A stretch of DNA of 64,000 nucleotides from assembly GCF_009914755.1 (NCBI RefSeq), contig NC_060932.1; one strand, 5' to 3'. The position numbers and the translations under genes were made by a program. Source of the stretch: the human T2T-CHM13v2.0 reference genome, Homo sapiens. Positions 12,091-26,512 of the stretch are shown here, in pieces (the first letter of the stretch is position 1; each line of letters opens with the position of its first letter). The notes below the pieces were generated by a model. The model was not told the origin of the DNA. It saw only the letters and a program-made list of their open reading frames with translations, and did not search any database.

Positions 12091-13824
12091 CAATTTATAA
12101 CGTAGCAGTTTATATCTGCAAACTCAATGAGCTACTTTGATCTATGATGATGGTTAACATTGTGCTAAGACAATATATAATGGATCCAAGATTGAATTGT
12201 AGATTGGAGTTGGAAGCCAGACATCCAAATAGAAAATAGAGGACATCGCTTGGAGGTATGGCGCAAGACGTGTTTCACTGGAGGTGAGACCCAGGACAAC
12301 CTGCCTTTGGGAGACTCAGAGGCACCAGACCATGTAACCAGCTCTGTCAAAGCAGCAGGTGGTGTGAAGCTGAAAACTTCTAATTCACTTAGGACACAGT
12401 AAATAGTAAATAAATGTCAGTTAATACATTTTATTATTGTTATCTTGTATCAGAAAAGCACAGCCTGGACACTGGGTGGAAATAGGTATAACCTGAAGAA
12501 ATAACAGCTTTTTCATAGATCCTGGAAAAGGAAAAATAAAAAACCAGACACAGTAAGAATGAAGGGCTTTCTTAGTGACCCAACTGCTCAGCCAAACTGG
12601 GTCAAAATAATTCTCTCTATCCTTCTCTATCAGACATTTCACTGTCCACCATCAAATAGCTGTAGTCCCCGGCGATACTTTAGTAAAGCCAGTTTGTTGC
12701 ACTTAAAATGTATATAGGTCAGAAAATGTTTTCTTATGGGTGATTAACTGCTAAGTGAACTGAGAATAGTTGAAGGTCATATTTCAAAGGCACTCCAAAG
12801 CCTCAGAAAGTAGCAGCCATGTCTCCAGTTGATAGCTCTGTGAAAGGGAACATAAAACCCTGGAGTAATCACGATTTCAGTAATAATTTCTCTTTGGAAT
12901 TTTTTGCCGCACAAGGTTATACACAGTGAATCAGCCTTGCAAACATACGTATATGGCTGCATCCAGTAGCAGGCGTCTGTTCTCCCATGCCTCCTGGTGC
13001 CAGCATTTGCACAATGCACTGCTCACGCCCTCCATTGCAACTACTTTTTCTGATGACTTTGTGTAGAACTCCTCTGGGAGAAGGAGGCAGAGAGGCAGCA
13101 TTGGCTCCAAGACTTTGTACACAAAGGACTAGCAATACATCTTTTGTGATGATAATGTTCATCCATGACATCCGTAGCTCAAGGAATGGCAATGTCTCCC
13201 AAAGTAGGTCTACAGAATACACTGTTTATTTTTCTGTTATGTATTTCAGAAACTTATTTGGCCACAATTTTTTTCCATCAAGAGTTATTACAATCCTGCA
13301 AAACATATGTAAGAAAATATTGCAAACCAAAAAAATTAAAAAACACAGTTCACTAATTTCACCAGTAGCCAGAGTTTCTATGTATTTGTTTAGACAATAA
13401 GGGAACATGGCTTCACAAAACTGACTGGTTCCAGGATTTCAGAAATATAGTTTAAAATCTAAGGGAGAGAAACTAGATATTTTTCCCCTAAGGATGGGAA
13501 TGAGAAAAGGATGTCCACTCTCAACATTCCTATTCAACATCACATTGGAAGTTTTGGCTGATGCAATAAGAAATGGAAAGGAAGTAAAATGTATATAGAT
13601 TGAGAAGGAAGACATAAAATGTCTGCTTGTAGATGGCATGCTTAAACCACCACCAACAATAACAGCAACAAACTCTTGTAATTAGTAAGTAGTATAGTAA
13701 AGTTGCAGGAAGGGGGTAATATTTAAAAAGTACACTGCTTACTTATATACCAGCAGTGAACAATGGTAATTTGGAATTAAAAACACAATTCTATATACAT
13801 TAGCAGCAAAATAAATGAAATAGT

Positions 13825-13955
13825 GCAGAGCAGTAGTATATGCCTATAGTCCCAGCTACTCAGGAGCCTGAGGTGAGAGGATCACTCGAGCCCAAAAGTT
13901 TGGTCCAGGCTGGTGAACACACTGAGCCTGTAACTAAGAAGAAAAAGAAAAAAAC
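13825..13955 (+). mobile_element. FLAM_A-like fossil Alu monomer
   Basis: 'gcctatagtcccagctactcaggagcctgaggtgagaggatcactcgagccc...ccaggctggtgaacac' plus A-rich tail. Confidence 0.75.
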
Positions 13956-15503
13956 AGAAACCTATGTATAAATATAACCAACCATAAAAATCTAACCATA
14001 TATGTACAAGATCTACATGAAAAAAACTACAAAACTCTGAGTTAAAAAATGAAAAATCTCCACAAATGGAGGGATATTCCATGTGCATAAATCGAGTCAA
14101 TATTGTCAAAATGTCGGTTCTTCCTAACTTGATGAATAGATTCAATGCAATTTCAGTCAAAACCCATCAAGTTACTTTGCAGACTATCAACAAAATGACC
14201 CTAGAGCTTATATGAAAAGCAAAAAAAAAAAAAAAAACAAAAAAACAAAGACTAGATAAAGTAATACTGAAGGAGAAGAATAAAAAGAGTGAAATCAGAG
14301 GACTGATACTGTCTTACTTCAAGACTTACTGTAAGGCTGTAGTAATAAAGATAGTGTGGTTTGGTATAAATCTAGGCATGGTTCCATAGATATAGATTTA
14401 CTGAATAATTACTGAAGTCTACTCCAGGCTTTTATGTTTCCTTTCATAAACAGAGCTATCAAGTGTGGACATGGATATTATTTTCTGAGTCTTGAGAGTG
14501 CCTTTGAAATATTACCTTCGACTTTTTCTCAGTTCACTTAGTAGTTTCCCACAGGAAAACATTTTCCAACCTATATGGTACAGAGAGCCCAGAAATAGAC
14601 ACATTTATAGTCAAATTATCCTTGATAAAGAAGTAAAGGCAATTACATGAAGAGAAAGAATAGTCTGTTCAACAAATGGTACTGGGACAACTGGATGTCA
14701 ACATGCAAAAAGAATCTAGATAACAGACCTCACACCTTTCAGAAAATGTGACTTAAAATGGATTATACACCCAAAAATAAAATACAAAACCATAAGACTC
14801 CTAGAAGATAACATAGGAGAAAATCTAGGTGAGCTTGAGTTTGGGGATGACTCTTTAGATTCAAAATTATACATTAAAGATTCATGAAAGAAAAACTGAT
14901 AAGTTGAATTTCATTAAAATTAAAAGTTTCTGCCTTGAAAAGACATTGTTAAGAGAATGGAAAGATAAGACTGGGAGAAGATATTTGTAAACCACATCTG
15001 AATAAAGGACTGGTATTTCAAATATATAAAGACTCTTAAAACCCAACAATAAGAAAATAACTCGTTTAAAAAATTGACAAAAGATGTGAGAAGACACTTC
15101 ACCAAGGAAGATATGCAGATGACAAAAAAAAGCATATAAAAAGATGCTCAGCATCAAATATCACTAGGGAACTGCAAATAAAAACATCAAGATACTACTA
15201 TACATGATTAGAATGGTCAAAATCCAAAACACTGTCAGCACCAAATAATGGCAAGGATGTGGGGCAGCAGAACTCTTATTTGTTGCTGGTAAGAATGCAA
15301 AATGGTACAACCACTTGGAAGACAGTTTTGGAATTTTCTTACAAAACCAAACCCACTTTTACCACATAATCCAGCAATTGAGTTTCTTCATATTTAACCA
15401 AAGGAACTGAATACTTACGTCCACACAAAATCCAAAATGTGAGACCAACCAGAATATCTTTCAGTAGCTGAATGGGTAAACAGACTGGCACATCTATACA
15501 TTA

Positions 15504-15818
<315 letters not shown>

Positions 15819-17016
15819 TTAAGGAGAAATGAGCTGTTAAGCCATTAAAAAATGGAAGAAACGTAAATATGCATTACAAACTGAAAGAAGCCAATCTCAA
15901 AGGCTACATACTATGATTCTATCTATATGACATTCTGAAAAAGGCAAAACTATGGGGACATTAAAAAGATTAGCGGTTGTCAGGGATTCAGGGGAGGGAA
16001 GGAAGGAAAAACAGGTAGAATGCAGAGGTGTTTTAGGGTTGTAAAACTATTTTGTATGACACTGAAATGGTGACATATGTCATTACACATTTGTCAAAAC
16101 CCATATAATGTATAACACCAAGAGTGAACCCTAATGTCAACCATGAACTTTAGTTAACAATAATGTATCAATATTGGCTCACCGATTCTAACAAATTATA
16201 CCACATCGATGCAAGATGTTTATAGTAGGCAAAACTAGGGGATATGGAAGAAGTAAGTGGTTATATGGAAATTCTGTACTTTTTGCTCAATTTTTCCATA
16301 AATCTAAACTGCTTTAAGAGTTAAGTCTACTATTTATTTTTTAAAAATCTAAGAACAAAACCATAGTCACAAGTAGAGCATACTGGGTCCCTCTAAATTC
16401 TTTTTGCATATAAAGTAACTTTTCTCTATCCTATAGTATTGAATAATTATCCCTAATATTTTAAAAAGAAAACTTGGAAACAAACACAAATTTTAAACAC
16501 AATTGTCTCATTCTTCAAAAAAAGAGCTTAGTATTCATAATATCAATATATGCTTAACACTAAAGTGGATACACTCTAGAGAAATCAACCAAAAGATGAT
16601 AATTCTCATGATAAAATAATTTCCAGAAGACAAATGATATAAATAAAGAATTCTAAATAAAAATGGGTACTTCTTCATTTTTGCTTTGTGGGGAAGACAT
16701 CAATGCTGTAGCAATCACACTTTTGAAATACCATTCTAAACCTAGCTTTGGTAAGCAATCACCTGCTGTTTTTTAACTTTGCACAAACATTAATATCAAA
16801 TACATCAAATACATTCTTATGGATAGTTGGTTTAATATGAGTGAAAAATTTCCATCTTTAAAACATTGCATTTTCTATCAAATGGTTATAATGATGCCAA
16901 AGATTCCTAAGGGAGATATTACACTGATTTATAAATCCATATTACACTGCCTGGTAGAAAAATATATCAAAAGATAAGTGAAATGCAAAGCTGAAGAGAT
17001 TCTCCAACTGGTGGCT

Positions 17017-18101
17017 TGTTGCGGGAAGCCAGGGACCCCAAACGGAGGGACCGGCTGAAGCCATGGCAGAAGAACGTGGATTGTGAAGATTTCATGGACA
17101 TTTATTAGTTCTCCAAATTAATACTTTTGTAATTTCTTATGCCTGTCTTTACTGCAATCTCTAAACATAAATTGTAAAGATTTCATGGACACTTATCACT
17201 TCCCCGATCAATACCCTTGTGATTTCCTATGGCTGTCTTTACTTTAATCTCTTAATCTTGTCAGCTGAGGAGGATGTATGTCACCTCAGGACTGTGTGAT
17301 AATTGCGTTAACTGCACAAATTGTACAGCATGTATGTTTGAGCAATATGAAATCTGGGCACCTTGAAAAAAGAACAGGATAACAGCAATTGTTCAGGGAA
17401 TAAGAGAGATAACCTTAAACTGTGACCACCGGTGAGCCCGACGGAACAGAGCCATATTTCTCTTCTTTCAAAAGCAAATGGGAGAAATATCGCTGAATTC
17501 TTTTTCTCAGCAAGGAACATCCCTGGGAAAGAGAATACGCGCCTGGGGGGTGGGTCTCTGAACTGGCCCCCGGGGCATGGCCGTCTCTTATGGTCGAGGC
17601 TGTAGGGGTGAAATGGACCCCAGTCTCCCATAGCGTTCCCAGGTTTATTAGGAAGAGGAAATTCCCACCTAATAAATTTTGGTCAGACCGGTTAATCTCA
17701 AAACCTGTCTCCTGATAAGATATCATCAATGACAATGATGCCCAAACTTCATTAGCAATTTTAATTTCGCCCCGGTCCTGTGGTCCTGTGATCTCGCCCT
17801 GCCTCCACTTACCTTGTGATATTCTATTACTTTGTGAAGTACTTGATGTCTGTGACCACTTGATGTCTGTGACCCACACCCTATTCGTATACTCCCTCCC
17901 CTTTTGAAACTCCCTAATAAAAACTTGCTGGTTTTACGGTTTGGGGGGCATCACGGAACCTATTGACATGTGATGTCTCCCCCAGATGCCCAGCTTTAAA
18001 ATTTCTCTCTTTTGTACTCTGTCCCTTTATTTCTCAAGCTGGCCGATGCTTAAGGAAAATAGAAAAGAACCTACGTGACTATCGGGGCAGGTTCCCCAAT
18101 A
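17017..18101 (+). mobile_element. MER11 solo LTR (HERV-K11/HML-8)
   Basis: Starts 'tgttgcgggaagccagggacccc', ends 'atcggggcaggttccccaata'; exact 6-bp TSD GTGGCT at 17011-17016 and 18102-18107; AATAAA near 17916. Confidence 0.93.
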
Positions 18102-20253
18102 GTGGCTCCATCGGATCTCACTCTCTTCAGTATGTTTGGAATGTTTCCCAGTGTTAGCCACCTTGTTTTAGGAAGCTTGAGTAGAACGTAATAATTTGAG
18201 GAGCTGGAAATGGTATTAATAGCAGCTCCATGAACTGCATCTTATCTCAGATTTACCTGGGTAAGACCTTTGTATCTTTCTTATTAATATCAATATTAAC
18301 ATAGGTACAGATAGAGAGAGAGCATCAAATTTCATCAACTACTGATGTAAATTTTAGCAACATCTAGGTCATCGTCAACACAGACAAGTGTAGGGAACTT
18401 AAGAAACAATTGAATAGATGGAAAAGACACTCAATGGGAGCAGAACGAAAGGAAGAATAAAGCACTAATTTGCACTTGCTAAGTACCTGCTCTATTCTGA
18501 ATACGTGATGAGCTGGAAAACAATTAGTATACTTCTCCAAATATTTTCTCTTAATTTTATGCCATTAATTCAGCACTCAGGTGGAGCTCAGAGTAATGGT
18601 TTTGTAAATGTCATTCAAATTCTCACCAGTTCCTTACAGGTGGGTGGAGTCTGTCCAGATGCTGTATCTTCCTGCACCCAGGGTTAGAGATGAGAAAGAA
18701 GACAACCTCGGCGGTGGGGCAGCTGGGCTAGGGGTTGTAGTGCCACTCAAGTCCATTGCATTTCCATGCTGTACTCTATCGCCATTTAATTTCTTTCATT
18801 AATTGGTTGAGAGTTGAGCAATCAAACCATATATTCCCCTTTTCCCTTCATCACTCCTCACAGTGCCTAGCACAGTGTTTTATAAACACTGACTAGTTAA
18901 GTGGCACAAAATGGGAAGAAAAACTCCTTTAGATTTTAGAAGAAATATCCATTGTAAAATGTGCATTTCAAATGAAATTTTTAGCTATATTTCACATTTC
19001 TCACTTCCTTTGTGTTTGGCACACATTTTAGGTAGAGAAAGGTTTGCACACATACCAATTAGATAATTACTGTAATTGTCAGAGGCTTCTGGGAACAAGA
19101 CGCATAATTGACTTTTCATGATATTATGAATATTTTCGCATCAACTTCTTTGACAAAGTATAGCAGTGAGTCATTTTAGAGATTCTCAATCAGGCATTTC
19201 TAGGATAGCAGGGTAGCCGCTACCAGAGCCCCCCAACTGGCTGCCTTGAGCCCCAGCAGCCTTGCCTGTGGAGCATGGAGGCTGCCTGTCTGTGACAGGG
19301 TCTGACAATGTCTCCCAAGAAGCTAACACCAATTAGGAACTGCCGCAGGTCCCCTAACTCTTGCTGTTCCATTGTAATGGGCTGTGCCCAGCTAGGTTAG
19401 GAGGGGCTTCACAGTGTGGCCAGCTGCCTCCTTAGGCAGATGAAGGGAATGCCACTGCAGAGGGGACAGGTGGCCTGTGGATCTGTATGAAGAGCAGTCA
19501 GTTGTGGCCATTCAGGGGAGGAGGACAGGATGGAAAGGATGGGACAGGAGAGGACCCTGACATGCACTGAACTCCCCATCTCTCTGTTTGTCACTTATGT
19601 GCCCTTTTAGAGGTGTTCTTATCTTTACAGTGACAGCTCTAAACTCACATGTACTTTGTGTAATTTAGGGCTTCATCTTTGTTTTGAAATAATATGAAAA
19701 GTTCAACTTGACTGAAAATTTCTTCATATGTTTGGAGGAAATATAATTACATTTATCATTTTTTTTAAAAAGAAAAAATATTTTACATAGAACTTTACCA
19801 CAGTAAAGTTTTAAAAGTTTTAAAATTTCTTAAAACTTTGTATTACCTACTTGGGCAACCAATGTTGGCATTGATGATGACAAGCAAGCGTTTAAAAAGA
19901 TCATCATTAAAAGTTCTTCACCAGGTACTGTTCTTTGTGAATGAAAGTTTAAGTTTCATATTAAAATTTATAAAATTAATTTTTGAAATCATACTCGTTA
20001 AGTAATGTCTTCTTTTAATCTGTGATTTTATTTATCTCATAATTATAAAACATAAAGAAATGTTAATAAATGTTTTACCATATCTTATAATTTTCCATGT
20101 TACTTCACTGTTCTTTACAAATGCTGTTAATTTTATCTGTGCCAGGCTCTGAAAAGGGTTGGTGGCACTTCTTTAAAAGCTCAAAGTGTAAACATTTTAC
20201 ATTGAGCCACAGGACCTGAGCTAGAAAGAGTTACCTTCAAAAGGGAAATATTG

Positions 20254-20421
20254 GGCTGGGCACAGTGGCTCACACCTGTAATCCCAGTGCTTTAGGAGGC
20301 TGTGGTGGGAGGATTACTTGAGGCCAGGAGTTTGAGGCTTCGGTGAGCCTTGATTGTGCCACCATACTCCAGCCTAAGCAACAGAGCAAGGCTTTATTTA
20401 AAAAAAAAAAAAAAAAAAAAA
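20254..20421 (+). mobile_element. Alu monomer (FRAM-like or collapsed AluJ)
   Basis: ~145-bp monomer plus poly-A; left-arm-like 5' part, right-arm 3' part. Confidence 0.88.
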
Positions 20422-21246
20422 GGAGTCAGCTCTTTACACTTTGCCATAGCTGAGATTAGATAAAGCCTCTAGAGGAATCATATCTAAATTCTGAGCAGCT
20501 ATGATTGCATGATTCTTACCTTATGCCTTCTTTCCCCTGCATACTTCACAGTTCAGAGTAGTGGGGCCTCTGGACTTCCAAAGCCTTGGTTTCTATACTG
20601 CAGTTTTATTTTCTCTACCTTGATCCTCTAAACACTTGACATTATAATATTTTATATCTGTATCTCTATCTCTTCAACCAAGTAATAACAAAACAAACAT
20701 AGCATTTAATCTTTCTTTTCTAAATCACTGGCTGATAGATAAAACAGTAGATTAAATATCCATGCACCAGCTTGCATGTACCGAAATATTACTTAATTTA
20801 AATCTCCAGCACTGAATTAAACTTAGATTGTCAGCTTTTACTTCACCAATAATACGAATTTTGAAGTTAATAATTTGAAGCATCTCATTCACTTCTGGTT
20901 TAAATGTGATCAATTAAGGATTTAAATGTGGGCTACACAAGATAGCCTCCCTTTCCTCCCCCTCTCCCTGCTCCTATCACCTCTTCTTTCTTTTTTCTCC
21001 AGGTGATCAAAGGATGTGGTCACTAGGTCTATGTGCTATCACCTGGTGTTTTAATCAATCTCTTCTGCTCTTGGATGTTGTGCTGTGGCCTCCAATGACC
21101 TGTGGCTTGTCTCAACTGGACTTTGAACATCATGCTCTAGCATCTGCTGCTGGCAGCCATGACCTCTGCGGCAGGCATTATGGTTGGTCATCAATATCTG
21201 GCTCTCCTTTACATCTGAGTTCCTGCACAACACCGTTTCCTTACTG

Positions 21247-21295
21247 TCAGAGCACTATTTACTGTGAAGTTAATGAAGCTTAAGCTTCAGGGCCT
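21247..21295 (+). mobile_element. Terminal fragment of a hAT-Tip100 element (Arthur1/MER69-like)
   Basis: 'tttactgtgaagttaatgaagcttaagcttcagggcc' matches the recalled family terminus; cut off by the following LTR. Confidence 0.5.
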
Positions 21296-21872
21296 GTATT
21301 AGTTTATTGCTGCCTAACAAATAACCACAAACATAATGGCTTAAAACACAGATTTATTATCTCCCAGTTTCTGTGAGTCAGGTATCCAGCATGTTTTAGC
21401 CGGGTTCTCTCACAGACCAAAACCAAAGTGACAACTGTTGTCTTCTTATGTGGAGTTTGGACTAGGGAAAGATCTGCCTCCAAGTTCCCTCAAGTTGTTG
21501 GCAGAATTTACTTCTTTCCTTGTAGTTCTATGACTGAGTGGCATGTTTGCTTTTTAACTGTCTGATGAGGACCACTATTAAACACTGGAGGGTTACTCTC
21601 AGATCCTTGCCAAAGAGTCCTCTCTATAGACGGCCCTCTCACACTTTAAATCTGCCTTCTAGAAAGACCTAATTCCTTTAAAGACATCAGAGCTGGTGCA
21701 TTTCTACTTCTGCTGCATGCTCGTAGCCAAAGCAGGTCACAAGGCCAGCAAAAATCAGGGGATGAGGAAAGAGATTCTACTTCTTACCAGGAGAAACTGC
21801 AAAGTCAATGCAAAGAGCATGAACATAGGTAAGAATGAAAAACTGGGACCATTTTTAAATTACTCTAGCCAC
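21296..21872 (-). mobile_element. MaLR solo LTR (MLT1E/F-like)
   Basis: 'tgtattagtttattgctgcctaacaaataaccacaaacataatggcttaaaacac...caggtcacaaggccagc...ctagccaca'. Confidence 0.8.
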
Positions 21873-22199
21873 AACATCTTTTAGGTTCTAGCCTTTTGGA
21901 ATATTTCAGCTGCTTTTCTGTTTTTAGTTTTTTGTTTGTTTGTTGCTTTCTTTCGCAGCAAAGCCTGGCTCTTGAAAATGAAAGATTTGCTTTCGTGTTT
22001 CTATGATCAGCTTTTAAAAGTTCATTCAGAATGTTAACTCACTGCTCTGCATGGGGCTGCATTTGCTCTCCTCTGAGCTTGGTCTATATAAAAACTTATT
22101 GATATAGTAGGAATGGTAGAGGAGGGTCATTGGTAACAAGAAAGATTTTGCAGAAAGCCTCTTTTTAATGTTTCAAAATATGATTCTATTATATAGGTG

Positions 22200-23050
22200 G
22201 ACAATATAGAAACATTAGAAAACATAAATAAGGAGAAGAAGGAGGTTAAAAATCACTATGCAGATCACTCTTAAGAAAATTATTACTATTAACATAAATA
22301 AGTCCTTTTGTGTGTGTATATATGCGAATATAGAGACAGTCTTCATTAGAGGATGAATGATATAACAATAAATAACTTGATTTTTAATTTTTATATCATG
22401 AATATCTTTGTATAATATTACATATTCTTTTACTGAACTATTTTTTGAACTGTAAATTAGACACATAGCAATGTATTTAACCCATCTTCAGTTTTAGGAT
22501 GTTTAAAACATTTCTCATACTTTAAGGACATCCTTGTAGTTAAAACTGTGCAAATGTCCCACTAAACCTTTAGGATAAATTACTGAGTGTGAAAAATGTT
22601 TATAAAACATATATAAAAACTAAAAACTTTTTATAAAAATGAAAAATTTCTCTTCAGAGGTTTGTACAAATTTGCATACCTAACAGAAATTTGGATTCGG
22701 GTTGTCTAAATACACCCTGGTGGGTTATTGTGATTAAATGATTTTAAAAAGGGAAAAGCCTTATAGATCAAATAGTTCAAAAATGTATATATATTTCCTT
22801 TGATTTCTGCATATTTGTATGCCTATAGATTGAATATTTTCTCATCATCTACTTTTGTGGACAATTTCATGTCTTCCGTGAATTGTCTGTTTTTCCCATT
22901 TTTATTGAAGTGTTCATTATTTTACTTATTAATTTTAAGGCAATTAATGGATTAGAAATAATGCTTATTTACATGTTATATGTATGTAGATATATAACAT
23001 TTTTACAAAATTTTTATTTGGTTTTAATTTTTTTCTTGGATTTAAATTAG
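22200..23050 (-). mobile_element. Ancient L1ME fragments
   Basis: Antisense L1 3' motifs ('ttaggataaattactgagtgtg', 'gtcttccgtgaattgtctgttttt'); very diverged. Confidence 0.5.
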
Positions 23051-25973
23051 AGTTTAAGTAGACTAAAATATTTATGGTTGTCTTTAAATTAGACACTCAA
23101 CCACTAAAAAATTCAGGGATTGATATGATCAGACCATATAGTTTTGCCTCTATGAGACTATTTTGTCTCTTTAGCAGAATGAAAAGATAATGTGTAATTT
23201 ATTAAAAGACTATGATCATTGATAGAGACCTCATGTATTAATAGTGAGCTTGCTCTTAGTGTGCCCTGGGTATTTGTCTTCATTGAATGCATTTGTGACA
23301 AATTGAAGGAAAGGAGTGAGAGCAGGGTAGCTAGGCTTAATTGTGCTTTTTGAAAGGGCCCATTTATTCTCATTCTAAATAGCTGCTCACATCTATGCAT
23401 TTACATTTTCATTGGTCATAATTTTGAAATAGATGCTAAGTATGCTGAGGTGAGTAAAAAGGAAAACAGAAACAGATAATATTTGGTTTTGATGATAAAA
23501 AGGCATAAATAAAAAAAGGCAGCTAAAAATAAGTAATAATTCTAAATTAATTTTATTAAGTGTTCAATTATTAAATTTGCATATATGTCAAGACAAAGAT
23601 CTAGGCTGATTCTAACACAGAAAAAAAGTAGCAAACGTACTTTCATGTCTCTTTTTTATATTAACATTTTTATCACAGGTATTATGATTAAAAAGTCATA
23701 TATTCCTCATTTATAGTGGCAGAAGGCCTTTATTAAACGTGTATTAATAAGTAGGCCATGAAAATGGAAGTACAAACAAAATGAAGAATAAGGAATAGAG
23801 TTGCTTCTTTTTGCTGCATGCAATAATACAAAATTTAATCTGTATCCATGTAAAAGCAACTAATAGTTTTAATTAAACGAATGATTATAATTAGATATCA
23901 TGGTGGTGACTAGGTCAGCTGCAATAATCTATGAAGGTTCATTGACTCTAGATGCTCCATCATAACATATGTTAAAGCAGCAATACATATTTGCATTTTG
24001 AAGCTATCTAAAAAGCTTATGTAATATTACAAAGCTAATAGAAAGTAAAATAATGTCTGCTAATCAGATAGTAAAAATCTAAAACTGACTATAGTTAAGC
24101 ATACCATGCCTGATTATCTGATCAAGGTAATGAATACTTTGATTTATAACATTACTCTTTCTACTAAACATTTCGTGTGATCAATTGTGCTCCAGGGTAA
24201 AGACCCATCTGTCGAAAGGTGGAATTTAATTTGGGAGAAAGAAACTCTCCTAAGAAATTAAAAGGAAAAAAATCTATCTGCTGGAAAATGACTGATTGAG
24301 CATTAGATAAAATCTGCTTCGTGTTCTAAATACTTATTGTTAGAATGATTTATGGTTGAACTTGGATATTAATAGAGTATCTTCCCTTTGTCTTGCTGGA
24401 TAATTACAGCAACCAATTTTCTTAACTTTAGAAGGGTGTCAGAGTCAAATAGCCAGATCCTAAAAATTAGAGCCTGTCCTAGAAACTATATAAGAAAGTC
24501 CTATAATGTGAGAGAATGGACCCACTAGTTTAGGACAAATGATAATATGCAGAAACTTATATTGTACCTCATTGCAATGAGAATTAAATGCTTTTTGAAA
24601 GCTAATTTAGTAAAAATTATTACTCAAAACAAGGCACTACCATGCTCACAGACAGATCATTTAACTGTACCTATTAAGTGGCTTGGGAATCAATGTTACG
24701 GTAACAAAGAAATTTAAAAATTGCAATTTAATCTAATCTTAATGTAATAAGAAACTTTTAAGTATAGTAAATGGAAAAAAGGTGACAATACAGGTTAAAG
24801 CATGATGTCTTCATGGAGATTATTTATGTAAGGATAAGAAGGGAGAAAAATGTTTATTTTTTCAGGCAGGCTACAGATGGCTCAGAAAAGACCATGTGAA
24901 CATGATTACATCCAAATCTCTATTTACTTAGTCAAATATCCTGAAAATTACTGGAAAGAATGGGGTTCCTCAGAGCAGGATGAAAAACAGCCCATCTCAG
25001 TCAGCTTCTTTTGGCTGCAGAGTTTAGAACAGGGGGTCACACAGCACACAGTGTCAATGGAAGTGAGGTCTTGCCAGATCTGAAAAATCTCAGGTTGTTT
25101 ATTTATTTATTTTTGTGGCTACGTCACAGTCGTTTTGTAACTCACTGTTTAGGAAGAATGTAAATAATGTATGCCTTGGTTGAAAATATTGCAGAAATCC
25201 AATATAGTACATATTCTTGAGCCAAATGCCATTGCCTACAGTATGTCTTAATTCTGTGGAAATAAGGAAGAACCCGTGCCCAGAGACCCCCATTAATGTC
25301 TAAAAGTCCTGGAAGCTGACTTTTCTTCAGTAAACCACAATAATCTGACTTAATACCTCTTTCTTTGGGTGGTCCTTAGGCTAAATCTGTTGAGGACCAC
25401 GATCGTAAACCAAGACTTCCTGCCTCCCTGGGGTTCGCTCGATGACCCCGGATTGGGGGTCACACATGCAGGCACCAAGCATCACACACAGCTATCTGTT
25501 TGGTAATCCAGTAAGCAATTGGTTCATGTTAGTGTGTATAACTTCTCTCTCACACGTTTTCTATAATTGGTTCCTCTCAAGCATCATGAAATATTTATGT
25601 TAGCCTTTTATAGATCAAGCTTTTTTCACTTGATAGTAACCATTTTTATTGTTCTTATTTTTTAGAATGTATACAATTTAACTCTTCTAATTGTCTCCTT
25701 TATCACCATACCCAGAATGAGTTGCTTTGTCTCAAGAAAATATCCTGGGCTCACTTTGCTTTTTTATTTCACAAATTTAGAGTGAGTTTTTCTCCAAGGA
25801 GCAGATCTAGACATCAAAATCTGGATACCTGGAGTGAACATTTGTGGTTTCACATAATCACTGGGGTAAAGCAAGATGACACAGAAGATCCTAGCTATTT
25901 TAGTGAAAGAATAGAAAAGTATTTATTATAGGCCATGAATTCTTGTTTAGGTTTTCAACTTAACTCTATTTTT

Positions 25974-26317
<344 letters not shown>

Positions 26318-26512
26318 TGAATGTATATGAATACCTTTCCCCATCTTCCACAATGCGGGAGATAATAGACTATATATTCTTATATCAAACAATGTCATGC
26401 ATTTAAATATTTTATCTCAATTTATAAGTCTCTTGTTCTTGTAACTCTTGCATCAGGCACCTTGGAATAGTATAAAGGTTCAGATGACTCCCCTTGATGT
26501 CATGTCTGAAGC

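Noticed and set aside
17075-17245. Internal ~90-bp repeat in MER11 ('attgtgaagatttcatggaca' twice)
   Set aside because: As I recall, a normal feature of the MER11 consensus
17308-17879. 107-aa and 154-aa ORFs
   Set aside because: Antisense reading of the non-coding MER11 LTR
19838-19930. Possible exon reading FVLPTWATNVGIDDDKQAFKKIIIKSSSP ending in CAG|gtactg
   Set aside because: No good acceptor and no recognisable protein; the region 19600-20160 looks more like a decayed DNA transposon that I cannot name
24880-25620. LTR/ERV-like sequence with a small tgacccc/ggggtca stem
   Set aside because: Probably an old retroviral remnant, but not assignable; a 7-bp stem is expected by chance
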